In this document: positions 7,452 to 14,605 of the stretch, piece by piece
How positions within the stretch are numbered: position 1 is the first letter of the stretch
Layout of the letters: each line of letters opens with the position of its first letter
Virus record (IMG/VR): IMGVR_UViG_3300001688_000201
Source of the DNA: a virus
Length of the DNA stretch: 32,554 nucleotides
Direction: 5' to 3' (one strand)
The notes under the pieces: generated by a model
Database searches by the model: none
What the model was told of the DNA's origin: nothing
The model's input: the letters and a program-made list of their open reading frames with translations, nothing else
Position numbers and translations under genes: made by a program

Positions 7452-9047
7452 TTATGCAATTTTATTTTTATATAAATGTGTATTATTAATATCAAGTTTT
7501 ACTAGCTTATTTGTATCTGTAAAGCCTACATAATAACCTTCTTTGTTTCTTCTGTATTCGCTCAATATTCGCCACTGTTTTATATTTCCATCATACAGAG
7601 GTTTACCCACCAGGGTATCTAAATCTTCCCACAAGATCATATTTTTACTGCTAACACTAGCTTCTTTTACAGTAACAACAACCGGTGTATCTTTAACTTC
7701 TTCTTTTATATAATCATCTAGCACTGTCTGCTCATAAGCTACTACATTATTTTTTATTTCAAAGTCAACAGCTATAAATACTTCTCTAAATAGATTAGCT
7801 AATACATCAACAACAATGCTATTACCAGCCTGTTTGTATAATTGTGTATTTGATATTCCTGTAATTTTATTAAAATCTTCATCATCAAACCCCATCAGTC
7901 TAAAACATTCTAATGGTGTTAATTTACGTATTCTTAAATTATTTTCAATTTGTTTTGGTTGTTTATAATCAGTAGCAGATAAACAACTTGAAATACCTTC
8001 ACCACTTATAATTTCACTTCTTTGCCCACCGCTTTTTGTTTTACCAACTCTTATTATTTTAGGTTCAACAACCCCTTGATTACATGAAGTTGTTAATGTC
8101 TGTGCAACTTGTTTTCCAACTTTTCCTCTTCTTGTCTTTGAGTTAGGCTGTTCAAGATTCACACTATCTCCTTCATATGCTTCTGCATATCCTTTTTTTG
8201 TTGCTTCTTTTACCAAAATAGGATTACTACTATCAAATTTAAATTTTGTGTTTTCTGTATCTATTCCCTCTATAATAAAATTATCGTCCATTCTACTTCC
8301 GGCACATGTTGTTATTGTTTTTGATATATCTGCATTTTCTTTTATATGCGGTTCAAACCTAAAGCCATTCCCTTTAGCTTCCATATCAAAAGAGTTCTTT
8401 ATGAAAAATGTTTTCAAACCCTTTAAGTAATATTTTTCATCAACTTCATCTTCCAACATATCTTTTAATCTTAATTGAAGTTCAAACCCATCAGGAAACT
8501 TGAACATTCCATTATCCAAATCTTTTCTGATAGATACTATAAATACACGTTCACGATTTTGCGGAATACCAAAATCTTTTGCATTCAATACTTTCCAATA
8601 GTTGTTATATCCCGCTTCTTCTAAAGAACTTAGAACAATATCAAATTCTTTCGAAAATTTCTTAGAGGTAAGGTTTTTCACATTCTCTGCGATTGCAATG
8701 CGTGGCTTTGTATCTTCAATAATTCGCAATGCTTCAAAGAATAGCCCACTTCTTGTTCTCTCGCCATCTGCTTCAAAGCCTTTTTGTTTTCCAGCTAAAC
8801 TTATGTCTTGGCAAGGGAAACCATATGTAATTAAATCAATATCATTTGGTAATGCTGTTGTATCGATTTTTGTTATATCACCTAAATTTTTATCTTCGCT
8901 ACACTTATGCACCATTGAATAGGCTTTAGATGCGTATTTATCTATTTCACAATAATTAACTAAATTATATTTTACTTCCAATTTATTTAATGCTTTTTCA
9001 AAAGCTCCAATCCCACTAAAAAGTGATAATAAATTAATTTCTTTCAT
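7452..9047 (-). CDS. DNA (cytosine-5) methyltransferase, orphan, with an enlarged variable region and a ~110-aa C-terminal extension
   Basis: Motifs in order: I LFSGIGAF, IV GFPCQDIS, VI ENVKN, VIII QNRERVFIV, IX RKLTPLECFRLMGF, X GNSIVV. About 200 aa separate motifs VIII and IX. No adjacent restriction endonuclease gene. Confidence 0.9.
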   Translation of the reverse strand: MKEINLLSLFSGIGAFEKALNKLEVKYNLVNYCEIDKYASKAYSMVHKCSEDKNLGDITKIDTTALPNDIDLITYGFPCQDISLAGKQKGFEADGERTRSGLFFEALRIIEDTKPRIAIAENVKNLTSKKFSKEFDIVLSSLEEAGYNNYWKVLNAKDFGIPQNRERVFIVSIRKDLDNGMFKFPDGFELQLRLKDMLEDEVDEKYYLKGLKTFFIKNSFDMEAKGNGFRFEPHIKENADISKTITTCAGSRMDDNFIIEGIDTENTKFKFDSSNPILVKEATKKGYAEAYEGDSVNLEQPNSKTRRGKVGKQVAQTLTTSCNQGVVEPKIIRVGKTKSGGQRSEIISGEGISSCLSATDYKQPKQIENNLRIRKLTPLECFRLMGFDDEDFNKITGISNTQLYKQAGNSIVVDVLANLFREVFIAVDFEIKNNVVAYEQTVLDDYIKEEVKDTPVVVTVKEASVSSKNMILWEDLDTLVGKPLYDGNIKQWRILSEYRRNKEGYYVGFTDTNKLVKLDINNTHLYKNKIA

Positions 9048-9069
9048 ACTTCTTTCTAATAATCCTTTC

Positions 9070-9951
9070 TTAATATTTCATCTTTTCTAATCTTTTACGC
9101 TTCATTTTAGCAGTGGTTCTAGTATAAATACTTGTTGTATCAATGCTGGAGTGACCTAATATATCTTTAAGCTCACTAATATCTCCACCCTCCTGCATAA
9201 ACTTAATAGCAAATAAATGCCTAAAACTATGAGGGTGTACCTTGTCTATTTTTATACCTCGGCACATTCCAGCAACCTTTTTTAAACGGTTGTAAACAGT
9301 TGTATGATGTAACATAGTTTCATCTTTTTTTCCTTTGAAAATATAGCCAGAAGTAATATTTTTATCTTTGCAGTAGTTTAATAGATCTTTTCTTAGATCC
9401 TGGCGCAATATTATTTCACGTATCTTTCCTTTGTTTCTTACCTCAATATAATTACTTGCTATATTCTCTACTGTAAAAAACTTAAGCTCTCCAGCACGTA
9501 TGCCAGTAAAAGAAAATATTTTCATGATCAAATACATTTCATAGTCTTTCTTTTTAGCCATTCTTAACATACGCTTTAAATCTTCTGGCTCTAAAACTTC
9601 CTCTAATGAAGCCTTTTGCTGAATTTTTATGTTTTTCAAAGTCTGCTTAGAGTAATATTTTTTCAGTTTGTCAAAATCAAAATCATTATCGCCGTTACTT
9701 GTAAGCTCAAGATACTTGATAAATTTATTAACAATAACAATATAATTGCTAACGGTTTTAGGCTTATAATTATCTATCAAATAACTTTTAAACTCCATTA
9801 AATCAGTTTTAGTAACTTCTTCATTTTTCAAAGAATTAACAAACATTGTTATTACTCTTTCATACTGTTTCTGTGTTCTTTCTGCTTTCTCGTCTAGTTT
9901 TTCTTCCAGAAGATAAGGTTTTATCTTTTCTTTAATCTCGCTCTTTTTCAT
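9070..9951 (-). CDS. Tyrosine recombinase, XerC/XerD-like (second recombinase of the genome)
   Basis: The catalytic signature is TGIRAGEL (R), HPHSFRHLF (H-x-x-R), LGHSS (H) and SIYTR (Y). The N-terminus has a SAM-like core-binding pattern. Its ATG overlaps the rep stop (ATGA at 9948-9951). Confidence 0.8.
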   Translation of the reverse strand: MKKSEIKEKIKPYLLEEKLDEKAERTQKQYERVITMFVNSLKNEEVTKTDLMEFKSYLIDNYKPKTVSNYIVIVNKFIKYLELTSNGDNDFDFDKLKKYYSKQTLKNIKIQQKASLEEVLEPEDLKRMLRMAKKKDYEMYLIMKIFSFTGIRAGELKFFTVENIASNYIEVRNKGKIREIILRQDLRKDLLNYCKDKNITSGYIFKGKKDETMLHHTTVYNRLKKVAGMCRGIKIDKVHPHSFRHLFAIKFMQEGGDISELKDILGHSSIDTTSIYTRTTAKMKRKRLEKMKY

Positions 9952-10817
9952 TCCTTTCTCCTTTCACGCATACGCATACGAACATAAATATAAAATCTAC
10001 CGTTTATTTCGTTATATCTAATTTCATGTCGCAAATAGATTTTATTTTTATACTTGTGTTCCATTCTCTGCTGGATAATTTCTGGAGTTCTAACAAACTT
10101 CTTAACGTGACTTGCTTTAAAGTTGCTGTAGCTTTTACTTTCTTTCGGTTTCTTTAAATTAGTACTACTGCACCAGCGTTTACTCCCTTTAGGGTCTTTT
10201 ACCAGGTAATTAGCCAATCCACTTAACCCGTTTTCATCTGGATCAACTTTTCTAACATTGTTGCGTTTTCCACATTTCCACATACTTTCCACAAGGTCCA
10301 TACTTAACCCATGGTCCATTATCAAATGATGGTGACACCGTATTTTCTTTTCTTTGCTATGCTCTGTAACATAGATGTATTTAGCTTTTTCTAAGCCTAA
10401 CTTTTTTCTTTTATAATTGATCCTTCTTATGTAATTTTTTATATTTTTTAATGCTTCGTCTAATGAAGCAGGTAAATGATCATTAGAATATGTAAGAGTT
10501 ATCCATAAATCATTTTTAGAAAAATTAGTATTGATTAATCTTTCTACTCTTTTTCTAGCGTATCTATCATTTAAATTTCTTTGTGCCTTGTTTATCTTTT
10601 TTAATTTGTATAATTTACTTTCTTTTTTTGTAAACTCTGGGTATATCTCTATTTCAAACTGTTCACCAGCTTTAATAGTTTTAGTTGCATAAACACTTTT
10701 AATAGATCCACTTTCTAATAACTTTTCTATTAGACTTTCGTTAGCCATGTCTAAAGGATCTTCAAACGTATCATCATAGCTATAGTCTATATAGCTGTTC
10801 TTTTTCTTACTGCTCAT
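9948..10817 (-). CDS. rep: HUH rolling-circle replication initiator (Rep, pC194/phiX174-superfamily-like motifs)
   Basis: Three motifs occur in canonical order and spacing: WITLTYSN (motif 1, FLTLTxxN-like), RCHHHLIM (HUH) and GLANYLVKD (catalytic Y..K). It is the only replication-type gene recognised in the genome. Confidence 0.6.
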   Translation of the reverse strand: MSSKKKNSYIDYSYDDTFEDPLDMANESLIEKLLESGSIKSVYATKTIKAGEQFEIEIYPEFTKKESKLYKLKKINKAQRNLNDRYARKRVERLINTNFSKNDLWITLTYSNDHLPASLDEALKNIKNYIRRINYKRKKLGLEKAKYIYVTEHSKEKKIRCHHHLIMDHGLSMDLVESMWKCGKRNNVRKVDPDENGLSGLANYLVKDPKGSKRWCSSTNLKKPKESKSYSNFKASHVKKFVRTPEIIQQRMEHKYKNKIYLRHEIRYNEINGRFYIYVRMRMRERRKE

Positions 10818-10958
10818 ATTATTACCTTTATAATTCTTTCGTTGAGTTGTTAATATCCATTACGAGGACTTTTAAACGCTTAAAAACAACTAAATTTCAT
10901 TTACAATTTTTCTCACCTGTGCTAAAATATAGGTGTCTAAAAAATTATATTTAGCTGA

Positions 10959-10994
10959 AAACCGTTTAATGTTGTGAGCATTTATAAACGGTTT
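10959..10994 (-). terminator. Stem-loop terminator after the ORF6N gene (bidirectional shape)
   Basis: A 10-bp perfect stem, aaaccgttta / taaacggttt, is flanked by an A-run and a T-run. It lies 13 nt downstream of the stop at 11007. Confidence 0.55.
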
Positions 10995-11006
10995 TTTCTT
11001 TTATTT

Positions 11007-11717
11007 TTAATAATCAAATCTGTTAGCTTCTTCAATCTCCATCTTTAAATTATTGCTTGGATACCAAGTATTTAAATATTCTTCTGCTTCGTGATATTTA
11101 GCTTTTAAAGTATCTCTATAAGATGGGATCTTAAAATAATCTTTATAATCCCTCCACAATTGAGCAAAAACCTTTTTAGAATATTTAAGATAAGCACTTG
11201 AATTTTTACCGCCTAATAATTTAATAACCTTGTTTTTAGCCATTTTCTCCAAATGATACTGTTGTGTTGTATCAATAGTCATATTGTTTTCCAGGTGCTC
11301 TAATCTTTTATCTGTTTGTTTTTGTACTTCAAACATTAATCCTAGCGCTTCCATTGGTGTAGATGGTATTTTATAACCAGTATCTTTAACTTTAAAGTAA
11401 TGTTCTACTAAACAATCGTATACTTCCCAGGCTTTATCTGTATTTAATGATTTAGCGTGTAAAAATGCCCCTCTTTCCGTCCAAAGATATATTATTTTTG
11501 CGTTCTTTAATGAACCAAAATCAATTTGATTTTGGTTAATAAACACTTTCTTTTTTTCACCTTCTAATGAAATAAAGTGTTTTCCTTCTTCGTATCTTTC
11601 CTTATTTCTATTAAAATTGTTTGTAATGATCTGATTTGTTGTTCCGTAGCTTTCTGCTAATTGACCTGTTAGCAATACACGCTCATTTTTATAATTAATT
11701 ACTTGTAAATCGTTCAT
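11007..11717 (-). CDS. ORF6N/KilA-N-like plus ORF6C-like protein (antirepressor-type)
   Basis: The N-terminus LQVINYKNERVLLTGQLAESYGTTNQIITNNFNRNKERYEEGKHFISL ... LWTERGAFLHAKSLNTDKAWEVYDCLVEHYF shows the recalled ORF6N pattern. The C-terminal half is helical, as in ORF6C. Confidence 0.65.
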   Translation of the reverse strand: MNDLQVINYKNERVLLTGQLAESYGTTNQIITNNFNRNKERYEEGKHFISLEGEKKKVFINQNQIDFGSLKNAKIIYLWTERGAFLHAKSLNTDKAWEVYDCLVEHYFKVKDTGYKIPSTPMEALGLMFEVQKQTDKRLEHLENNMTIDTTQQYHLEKMAKNKVIKLLGGKNSSAYLKYSKKVFAQLWRDYKDYFKIPSYRDTLKAKYHEAEEYLNTWYPSNNLKMEIEEANRFDY

Positions 11718-11738
11718 ACTTTCTACCTCTCATATAGC

Positions 11739-11951
11739 TTATTTACTATCCGCTCCTTCAAAATTTTTTAACTTATTTTCCAGTTCTGCAATAGTATTAT
11801 TTCTATCGTTGATCTCCATTGTTAATAATGAATTTCTAGCCCTTTCATCTATATACAGCTTCCTGTTTTTTTGTGTATCAAGTACAGCAATAGAAAGCAA
11901 TAAGATGGTTGCTAAATTAAACATGATCAGAACACTTCTTTTTATTTTCAT
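11739..11951 (-). CDS. Small membrane-anchored protein (70 aa)
   Basis: The N-terminal TM helix SVLIMFNLATILLLSIAVL is followed by a coiled-coil tail. SD TAGGAGGA precedes the ATG. Confidence 0.55.
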   Translation of the reverse strand: MKIKRSVLIMFNLATILLLSIAVLDTQKNRKLYIDERARNSLLTMEINDRNNTIAELENKLKNFEGADSK

Positions 11952-11986
11952 CTTTAATCCTCCTATAATTCTTTTAACCTGTTATA

Positions 11987-12220
11987 TTAATCAACAACAA
12001 TCCAATCATTACTCATTAATCTATCAGCGTCTGGTTGCCAGCCATGAGATAAAGCACATATATTTTTTGCTGCTGGTGTTCCATCTGCATATATTAATTT
12101 ACAATTTTCTTCTGGATTGTTAGTTGGTTTTATTTTAAAAACAATATTTCCACACTCTGTTAATATTGTTATGCACTTGTTTTCTTCAAGTGCTTTTTTT
12201 ACTGCTTCATGAATATACAT
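11987..12220 (-). CDS. DUF2829-like protein (Tad2-family candidate), paralog 2
   Basis: MYIHEAVKKALEENKCITI ... GWQPDADRLMSNDWIVVD fits the recalled DUF2829 signature: an N-terminal F.EAL.A.K.GK motif and C-terminal W.P...DLLA.DW.IV. It shares its first 25 nt, including the SD spacer, with the gene at 13146-13415. Confidence 0.5.
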   Translation of the reverse strand: MYIHEAVKKALEENKCITILTECGNIVFKIKPTNNPEENCKLIYADGTPAAKNICALSHGWQPDADRLMSNDWIVVD

Positions 12221-12257
12221 TTTTTCATCTTCTTTCTTTATCGCAATACTCGCACTA

Positions 12258-12347
12258 TTAAAGCAAAATTGAACTTAGCAATCCTACAATAGAAATATAT
12301 AAAGCTGTTTTTGGGTGTCTATCTAAAAACGGTTTTTTTCTATTCAT
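12258..12347 (-). CDS. Possible 29-aa membrane peptide
   Basis: Hand translation gives MNRKKPFLDRHPKTALYISIVGLLSSILL. The SD is AAAGGAAGCAGG. It has a basic N-terminus and a hydrophobic C-terminal helix. Confidence 0.3.
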   Translation of the reverse strand: MNRKKPFLDRHPKTALYISIVGLLSSILL

Positions 12348-12400
12348 TTTCCTGCTTCCTTTCTTTGCTGGTTATTAAATTATTTTGTTTAAATAAAACC

Positions 12401-12574
12401 TTACTCATGTAAGGCTTTTTTCTTTATCTTTGCCTCACCATTAGAAATAACTAAAACTTGATATTCCTTTGTCTTTCCAAAGAAATCAACAAAACGTATA
12501 AACTTATTAATACTTTTATCTAATTTTTTTTCACTAATTTCTTTTTTTGTTTCAATATTAATATTTATAATCAT
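12401..12574 (-). CDS. Small hypothetical protein (57 aa)
   Basis: ATGA overlap with the stop of 12571-12852. Translation: MIININIETKKEISEKKLDKSINKFIRFVDFFGKTKEYQVLVISNGEAKIKKKALHE. The stop lies in the loop of hairpin ccttac/gtaagg (12399-12414), which is flanked by T-runs on both strands. Confidence 0.4.
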   Translation of the reverse strand: MIININIETKKEISEKKLDKSINKFIRFVDFFGKTKEYQVLVISNGEAKIKKKALHE

Positions 12575-12852
12575 TTTCCATTCTTCTCCTCTTTAGTAGC
12601 CATCTTTTCACGTTCAAGTTCAGCATACTTATGAACTTGCGTTTCAGTTAATTCTACATACGGTAATAAATGAACCGATCTAATACCGATAAAAACCCTT
12701 TTCCCTTTTTCCTCAACCATTTTAGTAATTTCATCAATTATTTTTTTTGCTTTATCATATCCGCATGGTATAAATTTCATTACATCAGTTGTAGAAGCAT
12801 AACCCTTTAATAAAATATCTTCACGAACATTATTTATATCTGATCTACACAT
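12571..12852 (-). CDS. Hypothetical protein (93 aa), possibly a small DNA-binding or recombination-directionality-type protein
   Basis: The segment YASTTDVMKFIPCGYDKAKKIIDEITKMVEEKG ... LLPYVEL loosely recalls DUF3173-like proteins found beside integrases. This is a weak call. Confidence 0.45.
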   Translation of the reverse strand: MCRSDINNVREDILLKGYASTTDVMKFIPCGYDKAKKIIDEITKMVEEKGKRVFIGIRSVHLLPYVELTETQVHKYAELEREKMATKEEKNGK

Positions 12853-12925
12853 TTTCTATCTCTATCCTTTCATTTATATACTTTATTTAATTTGCTATAA
12901 TCTCCATTGAAAGGAGGTGTAGCAA

Positions 12926-13108
12926 ATGAAAAAACCAAACACTTTTAAAACAGAACAAATCTCTAATATTAGCACTGCAATTAAAGATGAGTTGTATACG
13001 ACAAATAACCTTTCTCAAATTGATAAAATTTATGATGTTCTTGTTAATGTATTACCCGAACTTATCGTAGACACGATAATTGAATATGATAAATCTATAA
13101 ACGAATAA
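12926..13108 (+). CDS. Plus-strand 60-aa acidic protein with its own promoter and terminator (moron-like)
   Basis: A very strong SD GAAAGGAGGTG and an extended -10 TGcTATAAT (12891-12899) precede it. The terminator at 13118-13147 follows. Confidence 0.55.
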   Translation: MKKPNTFKTEQISNISTAIKDELYTTNNLSQIDKIYDVLVNVLPELIVDTIIEYDKSINE

Positions 13109-13117
13109 CTATTTTAA

Positions 13118-13147
13118 AAGTTAGATGTGCCACCATCTAGCTTTTTT
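13118..13147 (+). terminator. Intrinsic terminator between convergent genes
   Basis: A 10-bp stem, aagttagatg / catctagctt, with a 6-nt loop is followed by TTTTTT. The T-run overlaps the stop of the minus-strand gene at 13146. Confidence 0.6.
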
Positions 13148-13415
13148 ATTCCCACCATTTCATTTTTAAGTGTTCTTTAAGAACCTCTAAATTATCATCT
13201 GTTACCTCCCATTTGTTACTAATTAAATCAATGTATTCTGGTTGCCATCTTTCAATTGTTAATTCTTCACTTCCTTTTATTGCTTTTGCAATTTTAAAGT
13301 AGTCTGGCCACTTCCTTGTTATTTTAATTTTAAAACTATACTTTCCTTCATGATCTAGTCTCGTGATACACGCTTCTTTTTCAACCGCTTCTTCAATAGC
13401 TTCATGAATATACAT
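13146..13415 (-). CDS. DUF2829-like protein (Tad2-family candidate), paralog 1, with a C-terminal extension
   Basis: MYIHEAIEEAVEKEACITR ... RWQPEYIDLISNKWEVTDD. SD GAGGGTGA precedes the ATG at 13415; the ORF track begins at 13433. Its 5' end is paralogous to 11987-12220. Confidence 0.5.
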   Translation of the reverse strand: MYIHEAIEEAVEKEACITRLDHEGKYSFKIKITRKWPDYFKIAKAIKGSEELTIERWQPEYIDLISNKWEVTDDNLEVLKEHLKMKWWE

Positions 13416-13433
13416 TTTTTCACCCTCTTTCAT

Positions 13434-13631
13434 TTATGACCAATTGTCATGGTTAGATAATATTTTCATTATCTCAATAATCACAATTCGATCATGTTCA
13501 TCTATAAACTTTATTTTTTCATACATTTCTAACGCTAAATTTACAATTTGTTGTCTTTCATCTTCTCCACCGTTTTCCTTTCCATTCTCGGCAAGTTTGA
13601 GGTATTCTTGATATTTTTCTTTACAACTCAT
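13434..13631 (-). CDS. Hypothetical early protein (65 aa)
   Basis: ORF 13434-13640 begins with GTG. SD AGGGGTGA lies 5 nt before the ATG at 13631 (MSCKEKYQEY...). Confidence 0.5.
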   Translation of the reverse strand: MSCKEKYQEYLKLAENGKENGGEDERQQIVNLALEMYEKIKFIDEHDRIVIIEIMKILSNHDNWS

Positions 13632-13830
13632 TCTGTTCACCCCTACCGTTGTCTTGATTTTTATTACCGTCTTTCAACTGGATACCAGTTAAAACACCGA
13701 CAATAAATGTTTTTGATACTTGATCAACTGTACCGACTTTTTTTGTAGTCTCCAGAGTATCAAGTATGATTTTTTCACGCTCTGCTTTTTCAAGAGCTTC
13801 TTTTTTTGCTAATTCATTTTCTAAGTTCAT
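13621..13830 (-). CDS. First early-operon protein (69 aa), no HTH recognised
   Basis: SD AAAGGGGAG precedes the ATG. It lies immediately downstream of the consensus early promoter and occupies the Cro position, but the sequence is coiled-coil/charged plus a short hydrophobic stretch. Confidence 0.55.
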   Translation of the reverse strand: MNLENELAKKEALEKAEREKIILDTLETTKKVGTVDQVSKTFIVGVLTGIQLKDGNKNQDNGRGEQNEL

Positions 13831-13860
13831 TTTTTCTCCCCTTTCTGTTTCTACGCTTAC

Positions 13861-13889
13861 ATTATAGTATTCTAAGAAACTTATGTCAA
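13861..13889 (-). promoter_or_regulatory. Early (lytic) promoter, perfect consensus
   Basis: Minus strand: TTGACA (13884-13889), a 17-nt spacer and TATAAT (13861-13866). The palindrome TTATGT-ca-ACATAA (13881-13894) overlaps the -35. Confidence 0.65.
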
Positions 13890-13917
13890 CATAAATTTAT
13901 ATATTTTGTAAGCTAAG

Positions 13918-13946
13918 TTGACAAAGTGCTTATAATCGTTTATTAT
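13918..13946 (+). promoter_or_regulatory. Repressor-gene promoter, divergent from the early promoter
   Basis: Plus strand: TTGACA (13918-13923), a 17-nt spacer and TATTAT (13941-13946), about 25 nt upstream of the cI-like start. The two -35 boxes are back to back. Confidence 0.55.
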
Positions 13947-13971
13947 AGAGCTGTAAAACGAGGTGAAAAAA

Positions 13972-14337
13972 ATGAGTAATATAAACGATCGAATTAAATC
14001 ATTACGTAAAAATCTTAATTTAAGTCAAGAAGCATTTGGAAATAGAATTGGTATTACACGTGCTTCAATATCTAACATTGAAAAAGGTACACGCAATATG
14101 TCAGAACAAACATTAAAATCTATATGTCGTGAATTTAATGTAAGCAGCGCATGGCTTAAAGAGGGTGTAGGTGATATGTTTAACGATATGGACGTTGACC
14201 TATTAAATAAAGTAGATGAAATACTCTCTGGAGAAGATGAATTTTATAAAAATATCCTTAGAACTATAGTAAATTTAAGTGATGAAGATTTATTACTATT
14301 TAAACGAGTAGTTGATGAATTAGCAGGCAAAAAATAA
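13972..14337 (+). CDS. cI-like repressor, XRE-family HTH with a C-terminal oligomerisation-type domain
   Basis: The HTH is INDRIKSLRKNLNLSQEAFGNRIGITRASISNIEKGTRNMS. SD GAGGTGA precedes the ATG at 13972; the track start at 13963 is a GTG. Divergent from the early operon. Confidence 0.75.
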   Translation: MSNINDRIKSLRKNLNLSQEAFGNRIGITRASISNIEKGTRNMSEQTLKSICREFNVSSAWLKEGVGDMFNDMDVDLLNKVDEILSGEDEFYKNILRTIVNLSDEDLLLFKRVVDELAGKK

Positions 14338-14350
14338 AGGCAAATAAAAA

Positions 14351-14370
14351 AAGCCGAAATTAATCGGCTT
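14351..14370. terminator. Shared hairpin terminator between the convergent cI-like gene and the HTH/39-aa operon
   Basis: The stem is aagccga / tcggctt with loop aattaa. An A-run precedes it on the plus strand, which gives a strong T-run on the minus-strand transcript. Confidence 0.6.
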
Positions 14371-14479
14371 TATGGAACACTCTATCAAGATACCTATATA
14401 TAAAAATGATAGCTTTTATATTATCAGTTTTATATACAAGTTCTACAATGTGTTCTCTGTACACAGCTATGTCATTCAT
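14360..14479 (-). CDS. Possible 39-aa protein
   Basis: Hand translation gives MNDIAVYREHIVELVYKTDNIKAIIFIYRYLDRVFHKAD. The SD is AAAGGAGAACGGGGAG. It ends inside the terminator hairpin. Confidence 0.35.
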   Translation of the reverse strand: MNDIAVYREHIVELVYKTDNIKAIIFIYRYLDRVFHKAD

Positions 14480-14605
14480 TTCTCCCCGTTCTCCTTTCCT
14501 ACATAATTATAATACTTATGCAGGAAAGTAGGTAGGTAATGAAATTAATTTATAAATTTATCTCATATATGAAATAAATTGCTTTTCCCTATTGACATTT
14601 TGACA

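Noticed and set aside
12457-12463. CTTGATA, the pC194/phiX174-type RCR nick-site core, at 12457-12463 (aacttgatatt), 9715-9721 and on the minus strand at 14383-14389
   Set aside because: At this base composition a 7-mer like this is expected several times by chance in 65 kb of two-strand sequence. None of the copies sits in an obvious hairpin loop next to rep, so I do not call any of them the origin.
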